From Octopus bimaculoides (taxonomy: Eukaryota), in contig NC_068986.1 of assembly GCF_001194135.2 (NCBI RefSeq), forward strand, positions 90,101,747 through 90,165,746: a DNA stretch of 64,000 bases, given 5' to 3'. A program made the translations under genes and the position numbers. Positions 50,392-64,000 of this stretch are shown here, piece after piece. Below the pieces are notes generated by a model. That model was not told the DNA's origin, did no database searches, and worked only from the letters and a program-made list of their open reading frames with translations. Position 1 is the stretch's first letter. Every line of letters begins with the position of its first letter.

Positions 50392-51140
50392 ATGTGGTCT
50401 AGTGGTTAGAGTGTTGCACTCACTATCACTAGATCATGGCACCTAGCACTGTCCCAGCGTGATCATTGCCAAAGCAGCTGTCTGGCTTCCGTGCTAGTGG
50501 TATGGAAATAACACCATTTGAGCATGATCGTTACCAGAGTCTCCTTACTGGCACTTGTGCCGGTGGCACGTGAAAAAACATTCAAGCGAGGTCGTTGCTA
50601 GTGCCGCTGGACTGGCTCTTGTGCAGGTGGCACGTAAAATACACCATTTTGAGCGTGGCTGTTGCCAGTACCGCCTAACTGGCCTTCGTGCTGGTGGCAC
50701 TTAAGAGCAGCTACTACACCCTCGGAGTGGTTGGTGTTAGGAAGGGCATCCAGCTGTAGAAACTCTGCCAGATCAGATTGGAGCCTGGTGTAGCCATCTG
50801 ATTCGCCAGTCCTCAGTCAAATCGTCCAACCCATGCTAGCATGGAAGGTGGACGTTAAACGATTATAATAATAAATAAATTCCCAGACTGAGCGGTGTGT
50901 TGTGTCTTTCAGCAAAACACTTCATCTCGCGTTGCTCTGTGATCACTTCAACACCTGTACATTTGTGCACCTGTACATTTGTGCACCTGTACATTTGTGC
51001 ACCTGTACAAACAATATCGATTTCATGACGAGAGTGAGCTACTGTACAACGCATACATTTGATCACTCTTACCAAATCATTTGTGTAGGTCGTTCAGCAA
51101 AAGCTGAGCTCTCATACATCATCTTTGACAGAAGAATCCG
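50392..51140 (+). mobile_element. SINE (family E) split by an RTE 3' fragment (about 50440-50865), with a 16-bp tandem repeat at 50952-51009
   Basis: The head ggtctagtggttagagtgttgcactc resumes at tcccagactgagcgg; cacctgtacatttgtg occurs about 3.6 times. Confidence 0.65.
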
Positions 51141-51474
51141 TCATTATTATAATAATGACAAGGACAGTAGTTTGGTAGAATTGTTTGTGTTGAATAAAAT
51201 TTCTTGTGGTATTCAGTTATAGCTATTTACATTCTGAGTTCAAATTCCACCAATGTTGTCTTTCATCCTTCTGGGATCGATAAAATAAAGCGCAAGTTGT
51301 AATGTTTATTAGAAATCAATTTCAAGAATTTTCTTTTAAAGCAGAGTAATTAAGGAATCCAAATGATATAAAGAGATATTCAAAGCATTGCAGAAATATA
51401 GTCTATCATCATCATCATCTAGATAAGATATTAATGCATATTATTTAGTATTTATATTAATATTGATATTTAGT

Positions 51475-51648
51475 GTGGGTGAGTGTGTTTGTGTGGTAAT
51501 GGAAGTGAGATGTGTGTGGTAATGGAAGTGTGTGGATGTGTGTGTATATATATGGTAACAAAAGTGTATATGTATGTGGTAATGAAAGTGTGTATGTGTA
51601 GTGATAGATGTACATGTGGTTGTGAAAGTGTATTTTATGTGGTGACGA

Positions 51649-51706
<58 letters not shown>

Positions 51707-51870
51707 TTACAAAATTGTGTGTATGTGTCAGTGAAAGTGTGTTTGTTTGTATCAATGAAGTGTTTGTGTTGTAATTACTATATCCGTGTGTATGTGACAA
51801 TGAAAGCCTTTTTTGTGTGCATAGCAATGTTGCGTATGTGGTAATGAAGTACATTTGTGTGTGTTGTGTT
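51475..51870. repeat. Degenerate GT-based minisatellite with recurring TGGTAATGAAAG spacer
   Basis: Direct inspection. It generates the His/Thr and Cys/Val ORFs. Confidence 0.8.
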
Positions 51871-52822
51871 AATGGAGTGTGTATATCCAATGGATACAGA
51901 ATAGTGACTCATCTTTCATGCTTTAACCAAATATATTCAGAGTAGATTTTTAATGAACATGCTCGAAAAAAAAAAAAGAATTAAGTCATATTCAAACTGA
52001 TGTCTATCCCTTTTAATTCTTTACCTACATCATCATACTATATTTATATTTTTAATACAAAGACTTGAGCACATTAGCACATTCCTGTAGATGAAGTTAA
52101 AAGTCTGCATATTTTTCTAGTGACTTCAAGCATTTGCATATGTCATATTAACACTTTTAAAGAAATATCTGGTGAATATTTTGTTTAATCACTATGTGTG
52201 TGTGTGTGTGTGTGTAATAGGGTGTGGTGGAAGAGAGTTTTAAGTAAAAGACCCAAATATGCTGGGGTATATGGTAGTGAGGAGAGTGATGAATCATTTC
52301 CAGATTTAAAAGAATTTTGATTGAACTATGTCTTATTTTGGAAGACATCCAAATTGTTTTAAAGATTTCGTTCTCTGGCTTCATATTGTTTCAAGATTTA
52401 CATATTCTTCGTTTCTGTTCATGGATCTTTCTGTCTTTTAATTGTTTTAGTCATTGGATTGAGACCATGCTGGGACACTGCCTTGAAGGGTTTAGTCAAA
52501 CAAATTAACCCCAGTACTTACTTTTCTTTTAAGTTTGGTACTTTATTGTATTGGTCTCTTTTGCTGAACCACTAATTTACAAGGACACCAATAAACCAGC
52601 ATTGGTTGTCAAGTGGGAGGTGGAGAAAGACACCCCCACACACATTCAGGGAGCATTCCATATTTTTTAAATACACTGTTAAGTGGTTGACATTAGGAAG
52701 GGCATCTATCCCAGGAAACCATTCCAGAGCTGATATAGAGCACATGCAGCCCTGCAGCTCAAGATCCTGTCTAATCATCCAACCTATGCCAGCATGGAAA
52801 ACAGTCATCAAATGATGATGAT

Positions 52823-53545
52823 ATCAGTTGTGGTGTGCAAGAGAGACGATTGCGCTGGTATGGACATGTGGTGAGAATGGATGAAGATAGCTGCGTGAAA
52901 AAGTGCCACACCCTAACAGTTGAGGGAACCCGTGGAAGAGGTAGGCCCAGGAAGACCTGGGCTGAGGTGGTGAGGCAAGACCTTCGTACATTGGGCCTCA
53001 CCGAGGCGATGACTACTGACTGAGACCTTTGGAAATGTGCTGTGCGTGAGAAGACCCGGCAAGCCAAGTAAGATCGTTGCCAGTGCCCCTGGACTGGTTC
53101 TTGTGCGGGTGGCACATGAGATGCACCATTTTGAGCGTGGCCNNNNNNNNNNNNNNNNNNNNNNNNNNNNNNNNNNNNNNNNNNNNNNNNNNNNNNNNNN
53201 NNNNNNNNNNNNNNNNNNNNNNNNNNNNNNNNNNNNNNNNNNNNNNNNNNNNNNNNNNNNNNNNNNNNNNNNNNNNNNNNNNNNNNNNNNNNNNNNNNNN
53301 NNNNNNNNNNNNNNNNNNNNNNNNNNNNNNNNNNNNNNNNNNNNNNNNNNNNNNNNNNNNNNNNNNNNNNNNNNNNNNNNNNNNNNNNNNNNNNNNNNNN
53401 NNNNNNNNNNNNNNNNNNNAGAAACTCTGCCAAATTAGACTGGAGCCTGGTGTTGCCATCCGGTTTCACCAGTCCTCAGTCAAATCGTCCAACCCATGCT
53501 AGCATGGAAAGCGGACGTTAAACGATGATGATGATGATGATGATA
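52823..53545 (+). mobile_element. RTE-clade LINE 3' fragment with gap and (GAT)n tail
   Basis: QERRLRWYGHVVRMDEDSCVKKCHTLTVEGTRGRGRPRKTW. Confidence 0.88.
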
Positions 53546-53553
53546 CATATATA

Positions 53554-53777
53554 TTGGGTTGGTGCATAATTTTTGCGGCTTTTTTTCAACAAATTCTATT
53601 CACCAAAAACAATAATAATATTTAACAAAAACATCTTTAAATGATGGTCTGACCATCTGCCAAGCAAATGGGAAGCAGTAATTGAAGTAGATGGTGAATA
53701 TGCTCCGGAATAATCATTTAACGATGTTTTTGTTGTTTTTGTTGAAAAAAATCCGCAATAATTATGCATCAACCCAA
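53554..53777 (+). mobile_element. mariner deletion derivative (MITE), 224 bp
   Basis: TA TSDs, TIRs ttgggttggtgcataatt and aattatgcatcaacccaa, and a retained transposase C-terminus WEAVIEVDGEYAPE*. Confidence 0.85.
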
Positions 53778-56700
53778 TAAATCATCATCATCGTTTAATG
53801 TCCGTTTTCCATGCTGGAATGGGTTGGACGGTTTGACTGAGGCTGCACCAGGCACAATCTGATCTGGCAAAGTTTCTACAGCTGGATGCGCTTCCCAATG
53901 CCAACCACTCCAAGAGTGTAGTGGGTGCTTTTATGTGCCACCAGCATGAGGGCCAGTCAGGTGGTTCTGGCAACGACCACACTCAAAAGTGTTTTTTACG
54001 TGCTACCTGCATGGGAGTCAGTCCAGCGGCACTGGCAACGACCACACTCGAATGTTGTTTTTCACGTGCCACCGTAACATGTGCTGGTAACAATCACGCT
54101 CGAATGGTGCTTTTTACGTGCCACTGGTACAGGAGCCAATCCATGGCCCTGGCAATGATCACACTCAGATGTGCTTTTAACATTCCACTGGCACGAGTGC
54201 CAATCAGGCGGTACTGTCATCGGCCATGTCAGTGATTTTGATTTGATTTGATTTGATTTCATTTGCCTCAATAGGTCTTTGCAAGCAAAGTTTATTGTCC
54301 AATGAATGAGGGGTACTCATAAGTGGGCTGGTTACACCCGACACTTGGATGTGCTTTTAACATTCTACTGGCATGAGTGCCTATATATAATAGGCTTCAA
54401 CAGTTTTCATCTACCAAATTCACACACAAGGCATTAGTCAGCTCAGAGCTATAGTAGATGACACTTGATCAGGGTGCCATGCAGTGGGATTGAATTCAAA
54501 ACAATGTGTTTACAATGCAAGCTTCCTAATCACACAACTATGTCTGTGCCTATTATAAAAATTCTTTGAGCTGGTAATTTTACTCCTGCTTCTGAAGAAT
54601 TAGTGGATAAAAAAAATATCTAATTTCTTCGAGTAATTTTCCCCAAAATGTCTGCTACATACTCCAAAATATACATCTCATCAGCATCCAACAACTTCTT
54701 TTTGCAGTGACTCTCTCAGTTTTTTACATTGTCCATGGCCCACATATTTAGATCATATTCCTTTTTTTTATTCGCTTGGTCATTTTAGGTCTTTTTTTTT
54801 ATATTTGTCTGTACTGGTGCAGGCTGGTTGGATACTTATTTGAGGCATTATTTTTAAGCCTGGATTCTATTCTTGTCATCAAATCTTTCATGTAATGAAT
54901 ATTTTATTGCACTATTTTGAAACTGCAGAGCTGTGGAATGTTGCGTTGACTGAGAATGTAAACACAACCACACCAACTTTTGCTCAGTTGATTTCATGTG
55001 GGAAGTGTAAATTACAACTTTCATGTACACACGTATATGTGCAAATACACACACACATGCACAATGGGCCTCCATGCAGTTCTGTCTACTAGTTACACCT
55101 AAAAAGCACTGGTTGGGCCAAGTAGTTGTAAAAGACTCTGGTGCTACACAATGGGACTGAACTTAAGACTGTGATTGTAGAGTAAACTTCTTAAGCACAT
55201 GACCATTCCTGTACCTGTGGCTACATCTGCAAAAAATATCTTATTTCCTTTGGCAATCATGACACAAAAGACTATCTAAAATCTATCAGCTGCTCACCCA
55301 TAGATAAGTTAAAAGTGAAAAAGGAAAAATTTGATGTTCAGAGAGAACACCTCAGTAACCCGCTCATGGTCTGCAACCCAGCTGTTACTGATGTCAGGAT
55401 TACATAATACACTATGCTGACAACATTCAAGATTTAATTTCACTCAGTGGAAAAGTATATATATATATTTTTTTGCACTTAAGAGAGCAAAGCCTGCAGC
55501 TATGTCTGGGTGGTTAAGAAATTCACTTCACAAATGTGTCCTTCCAAGTTTAATTTCATTGTGCAGTACCTTGGGCAAGTTTTGAGTAACCTTGTGAGTG
55601 AAATTTGGTAGATGGAAACTATGTGGAAGCTTGTTTGAGGGACTGTTCTTGTTGTTGGGTGGGTAGATTTAATTTGTTGCTTGGTTTAGCACATCCATCT
55701 AGCACATTGTGTACATTTAATAGAGCCCATTCTGTTGTTAGCATTTATGAGGGTAATGTTCTTCTCCCCACCAATCTTGGATGTCCTAATAAAGGATCAC
55801 AGGTAAGAAATTTGAACTCCTGACCATGCTGGTGACATGTAAAAAAACACTCACTACACTCTATAAAGTTGTTGCTATTAGGAAGGGCATCGAACTGTAG
55901 AGACCAAGCTAAAACAGATGACAGGAGCCTGGTGCAGCTCTGACTTATCAGTTCCAATCAAACTAATCCATGCAGCATGGAGAACAGATGTTAAATGATG
56001 GTGGTGATGATGATGACCTGGATTATTACTCAGTCATTTTTCGATTTGTGTAGGTACAGATATAACTGTATTGTTACAAAATCTGCTTCGAAGCCACATA
56101 ATTTCAGATTTAGTCCCACTGTACTGCATCTTGGGTAAGTATCTTCTGCTCTGACCCCTGGCCAGCCAGAACCTTGTGAGTGAATTTGATAAATGGAAAC
56201 AGCTTAGTTGACTGGACTGATTATAATTAGGCAAGATGGCCATTAACATACTACTATGAACTGTAATACCTACACTGCTTACCTACTTAACACCTAAGCC
56301 AGACTAAGAAACAGAATGACTGGATCAAGAGTAAGTGGGGCATGCCTTGATAGGGTAGTAGGTAGTCAATAAGTAGAATGGATTTATAGATAGCTAAGCA
56401 ACTGGTTAGTTTTATCAGTACAAAAAATTAGGTATGTTAAGTTTGATATATTGTTTTGAAAGTGGGTAGATTAGGTACATATGAAGTATATGGGGGACAT
56501 AGATTATGTGAGTGGGCTGATTAAGATAGGTTACCAGAGGAGAAATCTATGAGACTTTGTTGCTTACCTATTATTAGAAATAGCTAACTGGAGATAGTAG
56601 GTAAGGTAATCCATTAGCCTGAAGTCATTAGTGCAAGTATTTTCTTGAGGTAAGGTGAACAGAAATAATCCTGAAAATTAAGGAATGTTTAGGATTTTGT

Positions 56701-56841
56701 GTTAAGTACCACTGTTAAACTTTTTAAGTTGTTAAGAATGCCCACGTATGTGTGTGTGTGTGTGTGCATGCGTGCACACACACACACACTCATGCACTAC
56801 ACATGTATACACATTTATACATATATATATTTATATATATA

Positions 56842-57211
56842 CAGTAAAACCTTGAGGTACTAGTGCACCATTGTATGAGTAATTTGCTGTATGGGCCGAG
56901 GCTTGTGCAAATTTTTGTCTTGAAGAACAAGTGGAAATTTTCAGTATGAGTGAGTTTCATACAAGCAACTGCTGGTTGGTGCTGAGCTCACACACATGCT
57001 CTCCCAACAAGCGCAGCCTCTGCTCGCTCAGTTAACGCGTTTATCCCTATTGTATTTTCCCCAGTGTTTTGTTTAGTTTTGTGCATTTTTTTGCTATTTT
57101 ATAATGATTTGTTGTGTTAGTCATGGATCCTGAGAAAGTTAGTGCAAAGGACAGTGCTGAGAAGAAGAAGAAGCTGATTACGATAGGATTGAAGAAGGAA
57201 ATCATTGATAA
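56842..57211 (+). mobile_element. Tigger/pogo-type transposon 5' fragment
   Basis: TA then CAGTAAAACC terminus; ATG at 57123 gives MDPEKVSAKDSAEKKKKLITIGLKKEIIDK, a CENP-B-type HTH start. Confidence 0.7.
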
Positions 57212-57295
57212 ACGTGTGTGTGTGGGTGTGTGTGTGACTGAAACTCATTTACAACTACCATCTGATGTCAAGGCAATGAGACAAGCATACACACA

Positions 57296-57562
57296 ATACA
57301 TACATACATACATACATACATGCATACATGCATGCATGCATGCATGCATACATACATACATACATTCGTGCATACATCCATACATACATACATTCATGCA
57401 TACATACATGCATGCATGCATACATACATGCATGCATGCATGCATGCATACATACATACATGCATGCATGCATACATGCATGCATGCATACATTCATGCA
57501 TGCATACATACATGCATGCATACATACATGCATTCATTCATTCATTCATGCATGCATATATG
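57296..57562. repeat. Mosaic (ATAC)n/(ATGC)n tetranucleotide tract
   Basis: Direct inspection. It generates the His/Ala/Cys/Met ORFs. Confidence 0.95.
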
Positions 57563-58924
57563 ACAGGTTTCTTTCAGTTTCTGTTTGCCAAATCCACTTG
57601 TGTATAAGCAATGTTGATTATTTCCAGTCTTCTGTGAAAACATATCTGGACATGAGAGAAGATTTCCTTGTTTGGTGATAGGAAGAGCATCCAACTGTTG
57701 ATAAATTGCCTGTGAATGTCATCTGACCAATGCAAGCATAGAAAAGTAGACGTTCAAAAATCATAACGATGATGTTGATAGCTTTATTATGTTTCAGAAT
57801 GTTATCATTTGTTGCTGTTAAGGTGGCAAGCACAATGGACAAATGCTTGGCATTTGGTCTGTCTTCACATTTCTGAGTTGAAATTTTGCTGAGGTCAACA
57901 TTGCTTTTCATCCTTTTGAGGCCCCATAAAATAAGAACCAGTTGAGCACTGGCGTTGATGTAATCAGCTACCCCATCCTACCGAAATTTCAGGCCTTGTG
58001 CTTATAGTAGAAAGGGTTGTTGTTGTTGTTAAGTGAAACATTAAAATCTAATGTAATGGATTATTGTAGATTATATACTCTTGTGGTAGTTGTTTTATAC
58101 ATATTTGAGTTTGAAGTCAACTTAGGTGCCCAAATCATGATGTGTATTATACCTGTTACTATTATTATATATGGATTTTTGTCATATATAGTTTGAGAAA
58201 TTGAAGTCACATGAAGTCAGTTATTTACAGTTTATCTTGTTAACTATTTAATGATAATAATATCAATCGTACAATACTGAGTATCCTTGTCTCAACCACC
58301 TCTGCCCTACCATCTCTGTATCTAAGTGTTTTTCTTTGAACTAATCTATTTTGATAACTTCAAGTAGGTCACTTGTTATCTGAACACCTTATTGATAGCA
58401 AATAACAGTATTTTTCCATGTGTTTCCTCTCATATAGTTATATATATTTTCTTTTTGTTTGTTTGCTGTTGTTGGTTTATAGCCTCAGGTTATTTATGAT
58501 CCAGAAGACTTATGATCATAAGCATTCCAGTTGTGACCATCAACCCACCCTGTCTTAGATATCTAGGGCTACATTACACTGGTCTGTAAACAATTTCAAA
58601 GTGAAGGCAGTTTTAGGCTAATTTTAGTGGAAAGGCACTGATTCCAAATAAATCATCAGATTTTGTGTACCATATCAACTTTAACTACTAAGCACCATAG
58701 GACAGGAATATAAAACTATCTACTTTTGGCATTTTAAGAAAATTACAGATGGTGTTAATTCTTTGTTTCAGACCATTCTGTTTCATCTGAAATTGAAGTA
58801 GTTTCTACAAAATATTTTTAAAGATAAAAGTCAAGTTAATTTCTTACATTGCCTATAATAATACCACACCCACCTAGTTACCATATTACAGTGAAAGAGT
58901 CCAAGAGCAATCCTGTAAGATTAA

Positions 58925-59144
58925 CCCTTTAGCATTCAGCTTTCTCTGACAAATATAATGCTTATTTATTCACATTTTATATAATTGATCATGTATTATC
59001 TCATAGCTTAGAAATTTCAAAGATGTGATTGCTTATTTTTAGAATGACATTGCAGAGTATGTGCGAGATGCTGAATCTGGCCAGTTTGAACATAGAACAG
59101 GTAGAATATTTGGGCCAGATATGGCCAGTTTGAATGCTAAAGGG
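58925..59144. mobile_element. piggyBac-type MITE, 220 bp
   Basis: TTAA TSDs (58921-58924 and 59145-59148) and TIRs ccctttagcatt and aatgctaaaggg. Confidence 0.85.
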
Positions 59145-61074
59145 TTAAGGATCTTTCTAGATTTGGTAGAAGGGAAGGGGGCAAGTTGATCACATCCATG
59201 CTCAACTGGTGCTTATTTTATCGACCCCAAAAGGATGAAAGGCAGAGTCAGCCGTAGCAGCTAATAACAAAAACAAATGCCTACATCATCACCATAAAGC
59301 ATACAGGACATTATAGTGTAAAAAAAAAAAAAAGCATTTTCCAGATTAACTTTTGAAAACAGAGAAAGTATCTGCCCTAGGTTCTTAAGATACAGGTAAC
59401 AATTGTTATAACTTGAGAAAGGCTCTAAAGGAAGTAAACTCTTCTTTATGAAGATTAGCCTGCAAACTTTGAAAAGTCTTGGAAGTGGGACTACAAACAG
59501 TTAGATAATTTTCTTAGGCTTACTTGTATACAATGCTAATCTAGGATAGTGCTTTATTGTTAAGCACAGGCGCTTTCTTATTTATTCCAGCATTAGCTTG
59601 TTGTATCTTCATGTAGTCAAGCCCAAGGAAAATTTTCATTCTCTATTTCTAGTTTGTTTGTCATTACCAAGTCAAAGTTGTAATCTAATATTATCAATAC
59701 TAGAGAGTGTATGAAGTATCAGCACAACCCAGATATCTTGTGTTATATTTGTGCAGTGGCAACTTGATACAGAATTTTGTCTGAAGTGCATATTTCATGT
59801 ATTTTGGAGTAAAATTGGGTGATCAAAACTAACTATGGGCCTCTCCTTCTGTTAGCTGAAATTGTGTTGCATTTAATGCAATGCCTTAGCAATGATGTTG
59901 TTTTACACTGTGTAAACATTGTTGAGACATATGAGAAGACCTAACCACATACAGTATGCACTCAAAACGCATTCACCCCACCCCACAACTGGCTTCTATA
60001 CAATTTTCGTAGACTAGTTTCACTTGCAAGCCATTGGTCTGCTTGGGGCTATAATAGACATTTGCCCACATTACTATCCTGTGAGAATGAACCCAAAATT
60101 ATGCGTTTGCAAAACTGACTTTTTGACCATATAGTCATATCCTATTACTGACTTGTGAAGTTATCAAACAGTGTCTGTAATGTGTATGACAGATCCAGAG
60201 TATCTGTTACTTGTAGGACACATCTCAAGCTTCTGTTTCATGTACAACTGATCTGGTTATTGGCCAAGTTTATCATGCAGATTCCTCTACTGTCTTCCTT
60301 TGACGGGGTTTGTCTTGGCTTTGGTGGACAAAATTGAGAGAATGAAGGCTAAGTTTTCATCATTTTTTTCAAGTGCCACTTTTTTTAAGAGTAAATAGGG
60401 AAATATTGCTCATCTGAAAACTTGCTGACAAATGGAAGAGAATGGCATGAATGGTTTCAGTGGAATTGATCTGCTCTGAAAATATGCTTGTAGGTTTGAA
60501 TTTTGGAAAGTTGAATTTTGGAAAGGTCACTTACCTTGTTAATTAAGCTAGTTTGTTTTGTAAAGGAGTTTTCTTAACTGGACCTAGGTGGCTGACCCCT
60601 TTTGGAATACACACTCACTTTTATATATAATGATGGTGTTACATAAGATGTGCAGCCAGTACATTCTGTAAAGTGGTTGGTATAAGGAAGTGTACTCACC
60701 CTTAAAAACCAAAAAAGAAACAAATGGTGAGATGTTGGCCTCCAACCCATTTTGCTGCGTAGTACCTCAGAATAGGTGCTAACTTTGGCTATGATAATTC
60801 ATGACAACATGGAAAACAAAGGTAAAATTGTGGTGATGATATATTTTCAGTTATGAAATTGACATCAATGGTTTCATACAACTGATATATCAGCCACTCA
60901 CAAAGTATTGATCAGCCAAAGATTATAATAGAATTCATTCGTTTATAGTACTGTATTGCTGAAATGAACCCAAAATTTGCAGTTGTAAAATTAACATCTC
61001 AACCACAAAACCATACACCTGAATATTGCTTGTGATGTGTAGGACAGACCCAGAGCTTCTCAAACTTGTGGGAT

Positions 61075-61593
61075 AGTACTATATTTTATTGACCTGGAAA
61101 GGATGAAAGGCAAAGTTGATTGCAACAGAATTTTGACTCAGAATGTATAGAGCCAGAAGAAATACTGCAAGGCATTTTGTCCAATGTTCTAACAAATCTG
61201 TCGATCCAACACCCCGAGAAAGTTGTAAAATATGCAGACTTGTGAATAAATGTTGAGAGAATGTGGAATATAAAAGCAACAGCTGGAAGAAATTCTGTTA
61301 ATCATTTTGTTTGATATGCTAGCAATTCTGCCAAATCACTACTTTAATAATAATGATAATATTATTATTTATAATGACTTCATATTTTAGTGTAAAGCCA
61401 GCGATATTTAGAGGAAGGAATAAGTCAATTACATTAACCCCCCAGTACTTGACTGGTACTTTACTTTATTGACCCTTTAAAGATGAAAGGCAAATTTGAT
61501 CTCTGTAGAATTTGAACTTAGAATGTAAAGCACTGGAAGAAATGCTGCTAAGTATTTCATCCAATATAGAAACAAGTCTGACAGCTTGACACT

Positions 61594-61625
<32 letters not shown>

Positions 61626-62110
61626 CATAATAATAATGATCTTTCCTGCTCTAGACACAAGGCCTGTATTTTTTTTTATGTGGGGAGGGGACTAGTTGAT
61701 TACATCAATCCCAGTACTTGACTTGTTCTTATTTCTTTGACCCTGGAAGAGTGAAAGGTGAGGTCGACCTCAGCAGAATTTGAATTCAGATCGTAAAGCC
61801 AGAAGAAATGTCACTAAGCATTTTGTTTGGTGTACTAACGATTCTGCCAGCTTACCATCTTTTATAATGATAATAATAATAATAACTGTTTCTACTATAG
61901 GCATAAGGCCTGGAGGTCTGTGGCGAGGGGCTAGTCAGCTACATCGACTGATACTTATTTTTACAACCCCAAAAAGATGAAAGGGCAAAATTGATCTTTG
62001 TGGAATTTGAACTTAGAACATAAGGTCCGCAGAAATGTTGCTAAGTATTTAGTCTGGTGTGTTAATGATTCTGCCAGCTTACTGCCTTGATAGTAATAAT
62101 AATAATAATA
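61075..62110 (-). mobile_element. Head-to-tail cluster of decayed family B SINEs separated by (AAT)n tails
   Basis: At least four copies of the ggatgaaaggcaaa...gaatttgaac core. Confidence 0.75.
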
Positions 62111-62139
62111 ATTGTTTTCGTTATTAATCACTAAGGGTT

Positions 62140-62650
62140 CACAAGTAACATTGGGGACAATGCAAAATAATACAATGTGGGGTTATATGAAAGGTGTGTA
62201 AAAAGTAAATAAAACTAGCAAAATACTAATTTTAACAGTGAACGATTCTCCAAATGAAGGGGAGAGTTCCTAAGGCTGCCTGTGGAAACCCCACAAAACC
62301 GCAGAGGTCCTTACCACTAAGGCAAGTGCTCTCTCCACATTGTCTACAGGCACATGTTTAGAGTAGGTCTGATCACTTGAACCATTCTTTCCACATTCAC
62401 CCACCTTTCAACAAATTTGCTGGGGTGGTGGGGGCAGCACATTCCTTTCTCCCCTCACTTTACTTTTTCAAGTGAAACTTGAAAAAGTTGATGAGGGTTT
62501 GGCCAAAGAGGAAAGTGTCTGTCTTCAGTCCTTTCAATCTGGTCCACCACACAACCTCTTTTGTTAAGGTCAATAGACAAAGAAACATTGCCTGCCCTTC
62601 CCGGCCAAAGAAAGACAGCGGAAAGATCTTCACAAGGGACTCTCTCATTA
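62140..62650 (-). mobile_element. Tx1/L1-clade LINE 3' fragment
   Basis: KEVVWWTRLKGL...LINFFKFHLKK motif followed by a 3' UTR. Confidence 0.6.
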
Positions 62651-62887
62651 TTTTTGATATTATTAATATTGCATACAGGTAGGAGAGTAAAAGAAATAGT
62701 TGTGTGCCAGGTTCAATTCCTTGTGTAGTTTATGTTAGAAAAATCAGTTCCATCCATGTACTAATGTACTGGTGTTGGTGTGGGGGAATTTCAAAGGACA
62801 GAACTTTTTCCTTTCTCTGTACTTTTGTTTGCCTCATGCGTATGTGAAAAGATTAATGTTAATGATTTTTGTTATTATTAATTTCAG

Positions 62888-63249
62888 GGTATTGGAGAAT
62901 TGGAGTGGCAACGTGACCATGGATTACCTGGGGATAGACAAGATGGCGCACTGTCGCCAAGCAAGAACATTAATCACAACAATGCATTTCACCATAAGGA
63001 AAGGTTACCGGTGGAGGGTAACATTATTATTGAACCACAACTTGTGATGGACACAACAGGTAGTGTTGTAAACATACAACAAATGGACAGTTCAGGTAAA
63101 GTGCACTGGAGTCAGTTTGATGCTGATAAATACATTGCCAAAAAGGCACTGAAACCAGGAGAGGACAGCTATGCTAGGAACAAATTTAATCAAGCTGCAA
63201 GTGATAGCGTCAAGATGACAAGGGATCTACCAGATGACCGAAATTATCA
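62888..63249 (+). CDS. GALNT2: GALNT2 coding exon 2 (stem region and start of the catalytic domain)
   Basis: Acceptor atttcag|GGT is phase 0, compatible with exon 1. It encodes GIGELEWQRDH...GKVHWSQFDADKYIAKKALKPGEDSYARNKFNQAASDSVKMTRDLPDDRNY, matching the GALNT2 GKVxW...YARNKFNQ..SD...R..PD.R block. Donor CA|GTAAGT is phase 2. The gene continues beyond the window. Confidence 0.94.
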
Positions 63250-64000
63250 GTAAGTTAACATTGTTTTTTCTCTTGTCGTACTAGAGCAGCGAAAGTGGAG
63301 AAAAATGGAGTGTGTTATGTTCTGAGTTTATAGTTTTGATGAGGTTGAGTTTTTGTAGGTCAACATCAACAGGAAAGACCTGAGCATAACACTAAAGAGA
63401 AAGGCTAGTTTTTGGTATGTGGAGTTTCAAAACAAGAAATATCTTATGGCACCTATTCATTTCTTTTTACTCTCTCGATTTAAATCCTGCTGGAATGAAC
63501 TTTAAATCTTCATCTTTCAATATTGATAAAATAAGTACCATTCAAGTAAAGACTTCACAGCCAGAAAATACTTCAGCCCCTTAACAACTTACTTACACTT
63601 TACAAAGTTGAAGTGAGACCCACAATGAGGTACTTACTGTTCCAGATAGTGCTGCTACTACACATTCAGAGATCTTAAACTATTCTCCACTCCCAACAAA
63701 ATATAAAGCTACTCAACTGATTGGCATCAAGTTGATCACCGACATGCTCCAATCCCTGGGCCACAGATGATGTCTCCTCACTTTGCTGCCATTACTGCAG
63801 TGGCTCTACAGAAATGGCTATAGTGTGCCAACCTTACGCAGGCTTAGATTTCATATCCAGCTGTAGTTGGTTCTTGTCTTTCATCTCTTTGAGGGCTGTT
63901 CAATTAATTACCAATCAAGTGCAAAGGTTGATTAAATCAGCTATATTTATCATTATTTTACATCTACTTTCCATACTTATGGCACTGCCTATCAGCCAAG

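Larger units (their letters stand above)
28923..62887 (+). other. GALNT2: GALNT2 intron 1 (33,965 bp)
   Basis: GT...AG boundaries join two phase-compatible GALNT2 exons. I found no intervening GALNT2-like exon. Confidence 0.85.

Noticed and set aside
51441-57678. His/Thr, Cys/Val and His/Ala/Cys/Met-rich ORFs
   Set aside because: They are translations of (CA)n, (GT)n and (ATGC)n microsatellites.

Overview
This is AT-rich, repeat-dense eukaryotic DNA with eight N gaps. The SINE and LINE families look cephalopod, most likely Octopus (recognised by eye, not searched). The only host gene I can name is GALNT2 on the + strand: coding exon 1 at 28833-28922, a 33,965-bp intron, and exon 2 at 62888-63249. 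Splice signals and CpG retention suggest two more genes on the - strand. One has a first coding exon at 12809-12760 and runs off to the left. The other is a chain of very short exons nested antisense inside GALNT2 intron 1 (41657 down to 33037), which in one splice reading encodes a 41-aa peptide matching the AKAP (PKA-anchoring) helix consensus. There is a complete type I hammerhead ribozyme of the Penelope-like kind at 20227-20136 (-), paired with its own inverted antisense copy, plus several partial hammerheads. The rest is mostly transposon debris: RTE, CR1-like and Tx1-like LINE fragments, several tRNA-derived SINE families, Tc1, mariner, Tigger, hAT, piggyBac-type and Mutator-type MITEs, Helentron-like HINEs, and microsatellites. 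No rRNA, tRNA gene or CRISPR array is supported.
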